NCBI GenBank assembly: GCA_048213135.1
Contig: PS015109.1
Location: 9,413 to 73,412, forward strand
Source of the DNA: Reclinomonas americana ATCC 50394
Taxonomy: Eukaryota
Reading direction: 5' to 3'
DNA length: 64,000 nucleotides
This document shows positions 22,701 through 36,184 of this stretch, piece by piece. The translations under genes were made by a program, and so were the position numbers. Every line of letters begins with the position of its first letter. Positions within the stretch are counted from its first letter, which is position 1. The notes under the pieces are model-generated. The model worked only from the letters and a program-made list of their open reading frames with translations, was not told the DNA's origin and searched no databases.

Positions 22701-25700
22701 CTCGCCACTGCGCTCCGTGTACGCCGACTTGTTGGCCTTCAGAATGCTGGAGACAGCTGTGGTGATAACAAACAGAGAGCGTTGGTGAGATGATGCGACT
22801 GTTGATTTCCTCGCTGCCGCGACATATTATTACGCACATAACCGCACAGTGCCCAGCAAATCGTTGCCGTCCTTGTCCTCGTCAAACACCTCCACCTGAA
22901 TCTTGCCCTTGGACTTGAACTCCTCCGGTGACTTGTCGATAAAGAGCACAGGGAAGTACAGCTTGGTGTCGAAGCGCGGATCCAGCTTCTCCGTGATTGT
23001 CTGCGCAGTGGGATGAGCACAACTGTGCGGTGGAGTGTGACTCTTGCGTGGAGGACAGACGCAACTCTTGTGCGATACTGCATGCCGTCGTAGCTGACGA
23101 CGACAAACGCATCCGAGTACAACGAGGCGTCGGCCGCAATCAGATTCTGGCACGACTGAACGTGCACGGCGAGGTACGTGTGCCACGGCTTCAGCGTATC
23201 TGTGAAGCACAGTCAGTATTGCAGAAGTGTAGAACTCACGAGTTGGGAGTGGTGCGGGCGCAACAGAATTCGCCAGCCTGAATGTAGCGCGGACTCGACA
23301 GCAAGTTCACACTGCCCTGCAACACACCACCCGGTGTTCGTTTCCGACCCTCCACGTGCACTGCATGTATGTATGTGTGCATAAGGTGAGTGCGTGGAGT
23401 TTCGTAATGGCAGGGGACAGAGCGCGACGCACCAAGACGACATTGCAACATTTGCGTGTCCACCACACCACGCAGGGGCAGCAAACGCTCGCCAATCTTC
23501 ACATCGCGTGTGCGGTTCCAGTCAAACACCTGTACATCCAGATCCTCGTTCTCCAGCTCGCTCATGGTCCCGTAGTATGTCACCGAGCCCAACGTGTCCC
23601 ACACAGGCTCGCTGCGGTGCCACACAAGGTGAGTCGAACGTGTATGTCGCGCAAAGGCAGTCAACACACGACGCACGTTGTCTGATAAATCACTGGCGAC
23701 TGGAGGCCGCGGCCATAGAATCCACCCAGCTTCTTCCATTTCCTCCAGTCGCTGTCATGCAAGAAGTCAGCTCACATCGACAACAGCTGGTCGACACACA
23801 GATCCATCCACTCACCGCTTGATGACGAGCTTCACATACGGATCCGAGACCAACTCTGCCTGCCCCTCCTTCCGGTCGACACCGACAATCTCGCGACCGG
23901 TCCAATCGTCGAAACTCATCACAAACTGGAACATCTCCTGGAACATGATCTCAAAGTCGAGCTTCATCACGATCGGTGAGGAGGGGTGCGAGTCAAGGTG
24001 TGAGACGGAAGGGGAAGAGGAAGATGATGTCGATGATGGGAAATGAAGGATATCATTGCCGTCGCTGGCACCCGGTGGTGCGCGCAGCTCCACCGACTGC
24101 TGCACCTCGCCCGACGCAATGTCCACCAGCTTGGTGCGCGAGAAGCCCTTCAGTTNNNNNNNNNNNNNNNNNNNNAGGAGGAGGAGGAGGAAAATAAGGA
24201 CAGGAAGAGTGAGGAGCGAGACGAGTGCCTCTGTCTCTGTCCGAGTCTCTCCCTTTCACTCACTGGCTCGGTTTGTCAGTCTCGTACAAGACATGAACGG
24301 AGAGCAAAAACAGAGATGGGGAAGAAGTCAAGGAAGAGGGAGCAGCAGAGAGGAGGACGAGATGAATGCTGCTGTCTCTGTCCGAGTCTCTCCCTTCCAC
24401 CCCCTCACTGGCTCGTATTCTCAGTCTCGCTTAAGGCAGGCACGGCGAGCAAAACAGCGAGAGGAAAGAAGTAAGGAGAAGAGAGCCACAGAGAAGACAA
24501 CGAGATGCATACTTCTGTTTCTCCGCCTGTCTATGTGCTTGTCGTTGCACTTCTCTTCGCTCTCACTGTCTGTCAGTCTGCTTGTACATCTGCATGTGTC
24601 ACATGAGACAAGCACGGAGAGCAAGCAGGGAGTGAGGAGGAGGGAGGAAAAGAATGAGCACGGAGAAGACAGCGAGATACTGCTTCTCTCGGCTTGTCTG
24701 NNNNNNNNNNNNNNNNNNNNNNNNNNNNNNNNNNNNNNNNNNNNNNNNNNNNNNNNNNNTGCCTCTCTCCCTCCCTCCCTCTCTCTCCTTCCCCACTGCC
24801 TCCTCCACACAACTTGTGCCGATTGTCCTCGATACGGAAATCACCACCCATCGTGAACCGAATGTACGGACTCATGCTCTCGCGCAGACTGCGGAACTGA
24901 ATGTTGCGAATGATGCACTTGAAGAGGCGCTGCTTGGTGTCCTCGGCAGTCAACAGATCCTTCATTTGCTCCTTGGTCGGGCGAGACTGCGCGAGGTGGC
25001 CAGTGATGAGACATGACGCACGCACCCTGTAAGACTCAAACTCGCACGTTCTCTCTCACTCCACCAGTGGAGCACGCACACAATGCCTCGTACACACAGC
25101 GCATGACGCGAAATGCACACAAAGAACGCGCGAACAAAGGCGGAACACAGTTGCGGAGAAATGGCCACACACACTTTGACGACACTCACTCGCTCGCCCC
25201 CCGCAGCTCACAGCTCTCACTTGCGCGCACAGCAACGCACACACACGTACACCCACAATCACTCTTGCACACACAAGCGAGTGAGAGCGTGAGTGAGAGC
25301 GTGAGAGAGCGAGTGTGTCGAGAAAGTGTGTACGAGTTTGTCTGCATGAAAGTGCTCTCTCTCTCACACACACTCTCGCTCTCTCGCACACACACTTCTA
25401 CACATGCACACACGCACACACAAAAGCACACACTTTCACACACTTTCACACACTTCTCCCCCCTCGTCACTCACCAGCGGATCCAAATGCAACTCATCGA
25501 CCTCATCGACATCGCCTGCGCTCTCCCCGAGCACCACCGCACCATTGCCAGTGGCGTGAAAGTTCGAGACCTCACCATCGGCCTCCTCTCCATCGCCACT
25601 CAAGTCAATCACTGTGCGATATCCCGAGTCAGCCCGCGCAGGTGCTGCGCCTGAGCCTGAGCCTGCGGGTGTGTTGTTGCTCCTGGCTGCGTTGCTGCTT

Positions 25701-25840
25701 CCGACTTGCGTGGTGACGACGACGGGAGGAGCAGTTGTGCGTGAGTTGCTGCGTGGTGGAGCGGGTCCGTTGCTGCTGATCGGGCTGGCGAGTAGTGAGG
25801 TGTCGGGGCCGCCGGGTGAGGGCGGTGCAGCGGCGCTCAT
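19731..25840 (-). CDS. Multi-C2-domain protein with a CEP76/CC2D2A transglutaminase-like C-terminus (centriole/transition zone); last exon in a gap
   Basis: C2 motifs SDPYVK, VQVFDWN and VEVFDED. DIWTTPEFF..KGDSEDHAILM. C-terminal AYRNQVLAVWVYV. Confidence 0.8.
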
Positions 25841-26562
25841 TTGCTTGTGGCTGTGCAACACTTGGTGTTTGACTGCAAACAGACTTTCAGACACGGACAT
25901 GACGAAGTTCGGAAAATACTCATGAAGTTCCTGCAGCCTTCCTTTCTAGAGTGCTGTTCGCTGTGGTATAATACACCTTGCGACAATCATACTTGAGCTG
26001 TTTATATCTGTGCAACATTTGCACTCTTTACTCCCGACGTCCTTCGAATTCCGAATATTTATGTGCTGTTCCTCTCCATCTCCCGTCATGATCACCATGT
26101 TTGTAATCTCTTTGTGTCGCCTGATCATGCACACGTGCTTCCTCATCAACCCGGCAAAAATCAGCTGTGCCGTGGCCGTGCACTTGACCCTTGCACTCTT
26201 CACTCTTTCGTCGGTCCTACGCAACTAATTCCATCTCTAAGTTCGCCTTTGTTCTGTACCCAGCTGACCTATACCCTCGACATCGATCCTTCGCATATGA
26301 CTGCATCAACTCTCTCGCTCTCCGCGGTGGAGGTGGCAAGGCTGAAGTCTTTGGTAAGCCTGCTGCGGTCAGGTGCCAGCACCAAGCAAAACAGCCTCCC
26401 ACTCGCAGCTGCCTCTGCAAGAACCGCTGCCGGATCACCCTCTCATCCGAAGTCGAATCCCTGCGACCTCCACCACCAAGTCCACTCACCGGTTTCAGCC
26501 AATCCAGTTACAGAATGTATCAACGACCTTGAGCTTCTCGCCTCTGTGTTCTTGTCAGTTTC

Positions 26563-29500
26563 TCATCTATTCATTGCGACAATCGCCTGCGCAATCGCCG
26601 CGGAGGAGGTCTCGAGTCGGGCGCGCACGGCTGGCGGTACGGCGACCAGACCGTCGGTGGGCGACCAGTCGGTAAGCAGGCGCTGCTGCACACGTGTGCA
26701 GGCTTGCGTGAGGGCGGACGAGTGGTGGGGCGCTCTACACAGCAAGAGTGTGAGTCACTGAGTGCGTGTGACTGCATGATCTCTTGCACACAAACACACC
26801 TGAACCAGGCATTCCGCAAGACGGCACACACGACGTCGAGGATGGAGGCACAAATGGAAGGAGAGCGGTACTCGAGCAGCGGCAATAGTGCGTCGAGGAT
26901 TGCCTGCAACAATGAGTGAGAAGAAGACTCTTCCACGCACAGAGTCGGAAGATATACACACCTTCAGGTGACGCAGGCAACCTGCACCCAGCCAGTCCAA
27001 ACACGGCACCACTTCGTCGAGGTACAGCTGTGAATCGACAGCATGGCATCAGAACCACGTGTCACGCATTGAGGATCATCACCCACCAGCAGGCTCGACT
27101 CCTCGTTGGCATATCGCACTCCACGCAAACATTCGACCAGCAGCTGCGACACGCGAACCGATCGCACCTTGTTGTGCGGTAGCTTGCTCTCCACCGCTCG
27201 CACCGTGGCCCACAACGTCTGCATGCTCAACACCAGCAATTCGTCCATGTCGCGACAGCCGAGACACTTGATCAGCACCTGCGCCGAGAGAAATTTACGA
27301 AAGAGAAACACATCGCAGACGCCGTCACACCCACAGACGCACCTCCCACAAGCCCTCCACAAACCAAGTCACTTGCGCAGCCGGCAACTCCTTGACCACG
27401 TGTTGCAGGGCTCGCACGCCAAGCGTCTTGTTGACGGCCACGTGATCGCTGGCCAGTTTCAGTGCAAAGCCGACAAAGTTGGGATTCAGCAGCACCTCGG
27501 CCGCCGGGAACTGCATCAGTGGTGGTTATTTAGAAGACGCAAGCACACACAGAGAGAAAGATGGAGATGCGCACCTTGAACAAGCACACAAACTCGAGAA
27601 CAACAGAGGCCACCACTGCCGGCTGTTCGCGCCACGAGTTGCGCTCGTCCTGAAAGTAGGGCAGCAGCACCGCAAAGAGCGATTGCGCATACGCCTCGGG
27701 TTGGTGACCCCAGCGGCTGGTGAGCAGCGCCAACAGCTCCTCAGCTCGTTCGCGAATCTCCGCCGTCGTCCACGCCAGCTCACTCGATCTGCACATGAGG
27801 CACAGATGCAGTAGCGGCACACTGCTCTTGGCACTCGGGCGTGAGGTGGGGCACGCTTCGACACACGACACCGCAATGCTCAGCGCCGCTGGTGCAATCA
27901 CGCGCGTCGCCGCTTCGAATTCGCCACTGAAGCGGCCGGATCGTTGCAGACTGCTGACCACACACTCACAGGCTGCCGATGCCAATCGCATCACCAATGC
28001 CGATGTCGTCGTCTCCAGCGCCCCGTCGCGCACACCGATCGCGAGGGCACGAGCGAAGAATTCGATAGTGTGTATTGTTGGCGCAACATCGGCATCCACC
28101 TCCAGCGGTTCACCCGCCTTGATCGACTGCACGCAAACAAAGGGATAAGGGTCAACATCGCCGGAGACGATTTGTGATTGATTGCGGTCGTCGCACCTGC
28201 ACGAACGCCTCCAGTCGCTGCGTCGCCTGCTGCACGATGTCTCCAGCACGTACCGCATCCACGTCGACAATACCACAAAGTAATGACAGCACGCATCGTT
28301 CCAGCAGGGCCTTTGTGCTCCGCTGGTGCGCCACGCGGCACCACAAACGAGCTGCACGATGAAGACGGTGAGTCGAGGAGAAGCATCACGCAATCACAAA
28401 AACAAGTGACGCACCTAGCACGTCCAGCGCCTCCACAGTCTTGGACGATTCGGCGGCCAGAGTGCGAAAGCACGCACAAAACACCGCAGCCGCTCGCTCG
28501 CACTCCTCCACTCCTCTCTCCGCCTCCTGCACCACCTCTGCGTTCTCCTCCATCACCTCGCGCAGCACCGAGAGCAACGATTCGCGATGCGTATCACTGC
28601 GCAACCATGCGGACACAACGCTTGCACATTGCTGGCACAGATCGCTCGTCACTCCACTCAACAGCGCACCAACTGGCAACGCCGCAGCCAGCGAGAGTTG
28701 GGTGGCGACGACTCGGTACGCACTCGCACACTCATCGATCGCCGCCGGTCTGTCCACCAGCAGCTGCGACACCGTTTCACAGGCCACTTCCCACACCGTG
28801 TCGGCAGGAGGTGGCGATGCCAGCAGAGCTCGTGACACCAATCGCCAGCTCATTTCGGCCACCGCAGGCGACCACGCATCGTGCACAGCATGGCGCACCA
28901 CGCGCAACGCCAGTACACATTGCTGCTTCCTCCGCATGTCTATTTGTGCAAGCAGTGCACGCAGCATCACCTCGGCCACCGTCGACTCCCACCGCATCAC
29001 CTTCGGTGGCGCTGCGCTCAACTCTGCCAACATTGGCAACATAGTGTCCAACTGTCGCACCGCCAGCATGCAGAGCACACGCACGGCCACGACTGGCACT
29101 GCCGCGCGAGTGCCGACAAGCTCCGCAGCAGCAGCAGCAGCATCACCGCCGCACTCGACCAGCTGCTGCCTCATGGCCTCAGCTCCGTCATCATCGTCGA
29201 CATCACTCTCCGCACTCGCTTGCAGCGCAAGCAGCGTCGACACCAACTGCATCACCTGCGCCACGTAATGCTGCGTGTCGCCAAACCCACCTGGTGACAG
29301 CACCGATGCCGGCGACATGCGCACAAACGCCGGTGTGTTCCACGACGCGCCAACGACCAGCGATCCCATCAGCGATGCGGTGTAGCACCACAAAATCGAT
29401 GAAGAGTGGCGAGGCTGCTGTTGCAACAAGAGTGATGCTCCGCGCAGAGCGATCTGTGGGGAAGTAGCATGGGTGAGGGAAATGAGAGAGCTGGAGGAGA

Positions 29501-29650
29501 AGAGAGGAGAAGAGAGCGACCTGCAGCAAGAGTGTGCGTTTCGCATCGGGTCCGGCGAGCCACGCATCCCACGTGTGTCGCAGAAAGTGAATGCACTCTG
29601 GTGCGCTCTCGCAGCGACCTGAGCGATGCCAAAGTGAGGATAGAGGACAT
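26563..29650 (-). CDS. TTI2: TELO2-interacting protein 2 (HEAT repeats); boundaries approximate
   Basis: WREQPA..LASDHVAVNKTLGVRALQHVVKELP and LRNAWFR resemble TTI2 segments as I recall them (WKNNPA..DDYQTENKILGVHCLHHIV, HTWPR). Confidence 0.7.
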
Positions 29651-29723
29651 CGGAGAAAGGCGAGTGAAGACCTTTGGTGGTAGAGGTGAAAGAGCTCAGT
29701 CAGCCTGTTCTGATGACAGTCGT

Positions 29724-29774
<51 letters not shown>

Positions 29775-30011
29775 NNNNNNNNNNNNNNNNNNNNNNNNNN
29801 NNNNNNNNNNNNNNNNNNNNNNNNNNNNNNNNNNNNNNNNNNNNNNNNNNNNNNNNNNNNNNNNNNNNNNNNNNNNNNNNNNNNNNNNNNNNNNNNNNNN
29901 NNNNNNNNNNNNNNNNNNNNNNNNNNNNNNNNNNNNNNNNNNNNNNNNNNNNNNNNNNNNNNNNNNNNNNNNNNNNNNNNNNNNNNNNNNNNNNNNNNNN
30001 NNNNNNNNNNN

Positions 30012-30088
<77 letters not shown>

Positions 30089-30109
30089 AGAGGGGCCTCT
30101 CCTCTGCCT

Positions 30110-30720
30110 CTCATCGCTGTCTCTCACTGTTGCCTCTTACCTCCTCCTCCTCTCTGCCCCTCATCTCTTCCTTTCTCCTCACCTGTGCCACTCACTGTTG
30201 CCTCTTCCCTCCTCCTCTCCTCTGTGTTTATCACCTGTTGCTATCTCCACTGTGTCTCAGCTCTGCCTCTCAGCTCATTCTCCTCTCACCTCAGCCACTG
30301 TCTCTCTTCCCCCTGCCTCTCAGCACACCTTCTCCTCTCACCGGTGCCACTCACTGTTGCCTCTTCCCACCTCCTCCTTTCTCCCATCTCCTCTCACCTC
30401 TGCCACCGTCTCTCTTCCCCCTGCCTCTCAGCACACCTTCTTCTCTCACCTGTGCCACTCACTGTTGCCTCTTCCCTCCTCCTCTCCTCTCTACCTGTCC
30501 CCCATCTCGTTCTCCTCTATCTCCTCTGCCTCCTCCTCCACTGTCGCTCTCCCCTTGCCTCTTTAGCACCTTCCCCTCTCACCTCTTCCACTCGCTGTTG
30601 CCTCTTGCTTCGTCTGCTCCTCTCCTCTATGCTTCTCACCTCTGCTTCCTTCTCTTCATTGTTTCTCATCAGTGTCAGTCTTCTCTACCCACTGCATTTC
30701 ACTCTCTCCTCCACTGCCTC
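30110..30720. repeat. Pyrimidine-rich imperfect repeats in a GUF1 intron
   Basis: Recurrent ctcacctgtgccactcactgttgcctcttccc. Confidence 0.6.
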
Positions 30721-30812
30721 TCGCTGCCGTCCCTTCATTGCCTCTCCGTTGTCACCCATCTCGCTCCCTGCGCAGTCTCCCTTCCTTATCTCACTCTTCA
30801 TCTTATTTGCAG

Positions 30813-33380
30813 GCACCGTGGCTCCACAACAAGCACGACCACAGCTGCTAGACGGACTGCAAGTGGAACGCGAACGAGGCATCACAGTGAAGGCGCAGAC
30901 GGTGTCGATGTTGTATCGGCCCAAGGATAGCGAGTCGAAGCCGTTCATGTTGAATCTCATTGATACGCCGGTGCGCCTTACTCCTTCCCTCCTCCATCCG
31001 TGCGACCTTGGTTTCTCATCGGCTGTGAGGGTAGGGTCACGTGGATTTCACCTACGAAGTCAGTCGTTCGTTGAGCGCTTGTCAGGGCGCGCTGTTGTTG
31101 GTCGATGCCGGTCAGGTTCGCATGCTGTCTCTGTCTCTCTCTCACTCCCCATTCCTCCCTTCCCCTCCCTCCCTCCCTCCCCTTCCCTTCCCTGCTCCCC
31201 CTTCCCTTCTCCTTCCTCTCCTGCCCCCTCCCCTTCCCCTCCCTCCCTCTCCCTCCCTCCCCCTTCCCTCCTTCTCCTCCCTCTCCTTCCCCGCCTTCCA
31301 CCTCCTGACATGGCCGTTGCGCCACGGGTGCGCAGGGCGTGCAGGCGCAAACCTTCGCCAACATGCACCTGGCCATGGCGCAAAACTTGGAGCTCATCCC
31401 GCTGGTCACCAAGGTCGACATCATGGGTGCCGACGTGCCGCGTGCGGTGGCCGAGATGCAGAATGCCCTCGGGTTCTCGCCTGCCGATATCATACATGTG
31501 CGTTCGTTGCTGTGTTGCGTAGCCATGCATTCGCAATCACAGTGCTCACTGTCCCCACGGCGTCGCCAGACGTCGGCCAAGGTCGGCATCGGCATGGAGG
31601 ACGTGTTGGAGGCCATTATCAAGCGCATTCCTCCGTGCGTTTCGGCATGCATTTTTTCTCTGTCGATCTCTCTCTCTCAAGGCGTGCACACAGACCATCG
31701 GGTGTCGTCGAGGGACCGACACGCGCACTGGTGGTCGACTCGTGGTACAACGAGTACCGCGGTGTCATCTGTCTCATGTCGGTGGTGGATGGCATGCTGA
31801 GAAAAGGTACGCTGCTGCAGATTTGTTTCCATTTCCATACATGCGCTCACCATCGACAAAAAGGCGACAAGGTGGCCTCGCTTGCCAGCGATCGGTCGTA
31901 TGAGATCCTGGAACTCGGGCTGATGAATCCCATGCAACTCCTCCCCACAAAATCACTGTTGCGCGACGCTCTTCCCGCCCTCCTCCTTCCCCCCTTCTCG
32001 CCTCACCTCTTTCTCTCGCAGTCACACTGGCCAGGTCGGTTATGTGATCTGCGGCATGAAGAGTACGGTGGAGGCGCGTGTGGGCGACACGTTTGCCCTG
32101 CATCGCGATCACGCGCAGAGCAAGGTGCAGGCGCTGCCGGGCTTCCAGCCCGTGAAACCCATGGTGTACGCCGGTCTGTATCCCACCGACAGTGGCGAAT
32201 TCGAAAAGCTGGCCGACGCCGTGGCCAAGCTCACCGTCAACGACGCCAGTGTGCTGGTACAAAAGGAGTCGAGGTGCGTGCTGTCGGTGGGCGTGTCCTC
32301 CTCGCGCCTGGCTAATTATCGGCGGCAGCGACGCGCTCGGCCTCGGATTCCGCTGTGGCTTCCTCGGCCTCCTGCACATGGATGTGTTCCGGCAGAGACT
32401 CGAGCAGGAGTACGACATTTCTCTGATTGTCACTCCACCCACCGTGCCGTACCGAGGTCTGCGCACATCACCATCCCTTTTGCCTGCTGCTTGCCGCTCA
32501 TGTGTGTGCGCACACGCAGCCATCATGACGGACGGAACCACGCAATCGATCCACAATCCTGCTCTGTTTCCCAACGTGGCGCAGGTGGCATCGTTTGAGG
32601 AGCCGACGGTGCATGCTACCATTGTGACTCCCGATCATTTTGTGGGCGCTATTTTCGAATTGTGTCAGGACAAGCGCGGTGAGCAACTCGACTTCTCCAT
32701 GATTGGCGACAAGCGCGTACTGCTGCGCTACAAGCTGCCGCTGAGCGAAGTGATCACCGACTTTTTCGATCGACTCAAGAGCCTCACGCAAGGCTACGCC
32801 AGTTTTGATTACGAGGAGGCCGATTACCAGACGACCGATATTGTGAAGGTGGGAGCGCACTTTTCGTGCACAACCTTGCGACTTGCTTGTATTCCCACAC
32901 ACGCACGCACTTCCCAGCTGAGCATTCTACTCAACGGTGCTCCGGTCGATGCACTGTCGTGCATTCTGCACAAGAGTCGTGCACAGCAGACGGGACGCGA
33001 CATGGCCGTGCGACTGAAGGACGTTATTCCAAGGTGCACTTGAATCCCCCGCTCCATGCGCACTCTGTGCTTGTGTTCACTCGCTCGCAGACAACTGTTT
33101 GAGATTCCGATCCAGGCCGCCATCGGCTCCAAGGTGGTGGCGCGCGAGACGGTAAAGGCCGTGCGCAAGAATGTGACTGCCAAATGGTTTGCCTGCAGCT
33201 GTCAAACCTCTGCCGTATTCCTCTGACCACGCGCACACACACAGCTACGGCGGTGATTTCACGAGAAAACGCAAGCTGCTGGAGAAGCAAAAGGAGGGCA
33301 AAAAGCGCATGAAGCGCGTCGGCAATGTGGAACTCTCGCAAGAGGCCTTCTTTGCGGTTCTCGAACAGAAAAAGACGTGA
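30813..33380 (+). CDS. GUF1: Mitochondrial translation factor GUF1/LepA (EF4); 12 visible exons, 5' exons in a gap
   Basis: [61 protein letters not shown]. Confidence 0.97.
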
Positions 33381-33413
33381 GAAACAATGTACAATGCATT
33401 TCTGTTTTCATTC

Positions 33414-35129
33414 TCATCTCTTGCTGCGCGACGACTTGCCAAACCCGCCACCACGTTTGCCATCGCCGCCACCACGTTTTCCGTCGCCGCCATCCATCTT
33501 TCGACGACGCTTCATCGGCGGCCTGCTGCCGCGCTCTCCCTCCTCGTCCTCCTCTGCTCCTCCTTCGCCACCACTGCTGCTGTCGCCATCGGCGCCACCT
33601 TTGCCAAACGCAACCTTCTTCTTCCTGCCACCGTCCAAGTTCGCCTGCGCCTCTTGCATGGCGAACTCGTCGTGACGCTCACCACGGTCAGGGCGATCAC
33701 CGCCACGACCGGCACGATCGGGGCGACCTCCGAATCGATCGTCGCGTGTTCGCTTGCCGAGAATCTCCTCTCGCAAGCGAGGATCATTGGCCGCCTCACC
33801 CATCTCACGACGAAGCCACTCCTCGTCCTCGGCGTCCTGATCTGCCGCATCGTCTGTCACCGAGGTGTACGCCATATCTTGCGCATACTCGTCGTCCTCG
33901 TCACCGGAGCTCTTGCGAGCACCACCGCGACGCACTCCCGACCCACTTGCTCCANNNNNNNNNNNNNNNNNNNNTACTCGTCCTCCTCTCCCATCTCATC
34001 CTCCTCATCTCCATCGCCGTCCTCGCCTCCTTCCGCCTTTCTCTGTCCGCGCTTCTTCTTGTTGCTCTTCGCCTCCTCCTTGCGCTTGACGTTGGCGGCC
34101 TGCTCGGCCTTTCTCCGCTTCTTCTCCATCTCGCGCTTCTCACGCGCGGCCCTGAGGACGGCAACCTCCTCCGGCGANNNNNNNNNNNNNNNNNNNNCTT
34201 CATGACTGTCATTATGTAATGATACGTCAGCACACACATCTCCCCCACGTAGACCAGCAGCGCACGGCACGCAACTGTACTTGTGATACAGCACTTCTCC
34301 CTTGAAGAACGAGTCCTCGATTTTGGTGAGATGCAGACGCATGCGCGGACCCAGTTCACGCAGACGCACAGCCGTCTTGCTGTTGCGCGCTGTGCCAACA
34401 CCCGGGTACTCTTGCGGCAGCGAGACCTGCGAGTCGGGCGCATCCTCGGCCTCGCTGTCCGACAGATCCGCTCCGCCGCCCAGCACGTACTCACTGATAT
34501 CCTCCAAGCGCGACAGATCCGGCACGCGCGACTCAATCACTCGTCGCACGGTGCGCGACAGCACCATCGACTTGAGCTGGATGGCGTAGTGGCGGAACTC
34601 AATCGCGTCCGTGGCCGCATCGTACTGAAACAGCACCACTCGACGGCACTGTGCGATTTTGAGCTGCGCGCGCGTGCCATAATGTGTGAGGTGCGCGAAG
34701 AAACACAGAGCAGAGAGGGGAGGCCAATCAAAAGCGCACCTCGCGGACATTGATGGGTGGGAACATGCCGGCGAGAGTGGTGGTCACCAGCTTTGTGTGA
34801 CGGTCGCTCGCGGGGAAGTTGTTGAGCACAATCTAATGAACACAAAGTGGTTAGACGATGACAACGACAACAATGTACCAAAGAGGTACACACACACCAG
34901 TGGCGGCGTGAGGAAATCAATGCCCTGCGACAACTTGGGGTGCTTCTGCACCGAGATGATATCGCGTGTCAACGCATACGGCTCCACACGGAAGGTCAAC
35001 GTCGGTCCATGCGGCACACGGGCAACACTGCGTGGAGCACAAGAGCGAATGAGGAAGGGTGGGTGATACAGGAACAGGGGAAGAGGGAGAGGAGAGAGGG
35101 AAGGGTGGGGAGGGAGAGGGCAAAGGGGG

Positions 35130-35165
<36 letters not shown>

Positions 35166-35973
35166 AAGAGAGAGAGAGAGCGGATTGAGAGGCACGAGCG
35201 AAGGGAGAAGTACAGAGGAGAAACCGATGAGAGAGATGCAAACACAGAAGAGGAGGAATGCAGGAAAGAAGGTGCAGAAAGCGAGAAGGGCGGGAGCGCG
35301 AATAGAGAACGACCAACGAGAGCCAGATGAGAGAAAGGCAAATGCAGCAGACGAAGGAGAGAGAAGGGGGAGAGAAGGAGAAGAACACGGAGCGGGAGAG
35401 GAGACAAGTGACCAGTTGTCACGAAATCTGCTGAAGATGTCCGCTCACCGCAGATAGGTCGCCAGATCAGTGGCCGTCAGCACAGCAAAGTGCGTCACAC
35501 CCAACGGACCGGCAATGTTGACGAAATCACGCATGGTGTTCCGACGACGGACCTGCACACAGGAGGAAAAAAGTCAACATTGATTTCGTTCCAATGGCGA
35601 CTGAGACAGAGAAAGACACCAACCGTCAGCCGCGACGCAGTGTTGGGCTCAAACACACGGCGCAAATCCTGCGTGTGATTTTTTTGTGAGTACGTGCACA
35701 TTCACATGCACACCTGCACATGGCGCACACCACACTTTCTTCCTTCTCCCTTCTACTCTGTCTTTCTCTGTGCTCACCAACTCCAGCTGTTTCACCAGCA
35801 TGTTGACCTCGCCGCGGTGAAACACAAACGTGTGCGGAATGCCCTCCTCCGGCACCGGCTTCTTATGAGTGCGCTTCTTCTTCTGCTCACGCGCGCGCAT
35901 GCATGCAGGTGAGTGGACGATGAGTGGATGCACTGTTGAGGAGAGACACAGACGCAACTCGCTTGCCCGCCAT
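33414..35973 (-). CDS. PPAN: Peter Pan/SSF1 Brix-domain ribosome biogenesis protein
   Basis: KKRTH..PHTFVFHRG, DLRRVFEPNTA, PHGPTLTFRV, IEFRHYAI, VRLRELGPRMRLHLTKIE. Confidence 0.92.
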
Positions 35974-36184
35974 TGCGTGTGAGTGTTGGTGTGGACAAAT
36001 GCGACACAGGACACGCCAACGACAGCACGCGACGTTCCTGCCAACGAAATCGTTCGTGCACGCCCGTCGAGCGCTCTGACACTCTCCCCATCCCGCGCAC
36101 AAGCCTCGGACTTTTTCCGAATCTTGTTGTGTGCGTGTGCGCGTGTGTGCGTCTCTCTCTTTGTCTGCCTCGAGGGGGGGGTGG

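Noticed and set aside
25940-26230. AT-richer intergenic stretch with ATACTTGAGCTG, a possible U1-like RNA
   Set aside because: The match to the U1 5' end is poor and I recognise no Sm site or stem-loops. An Infernal search would be needed.
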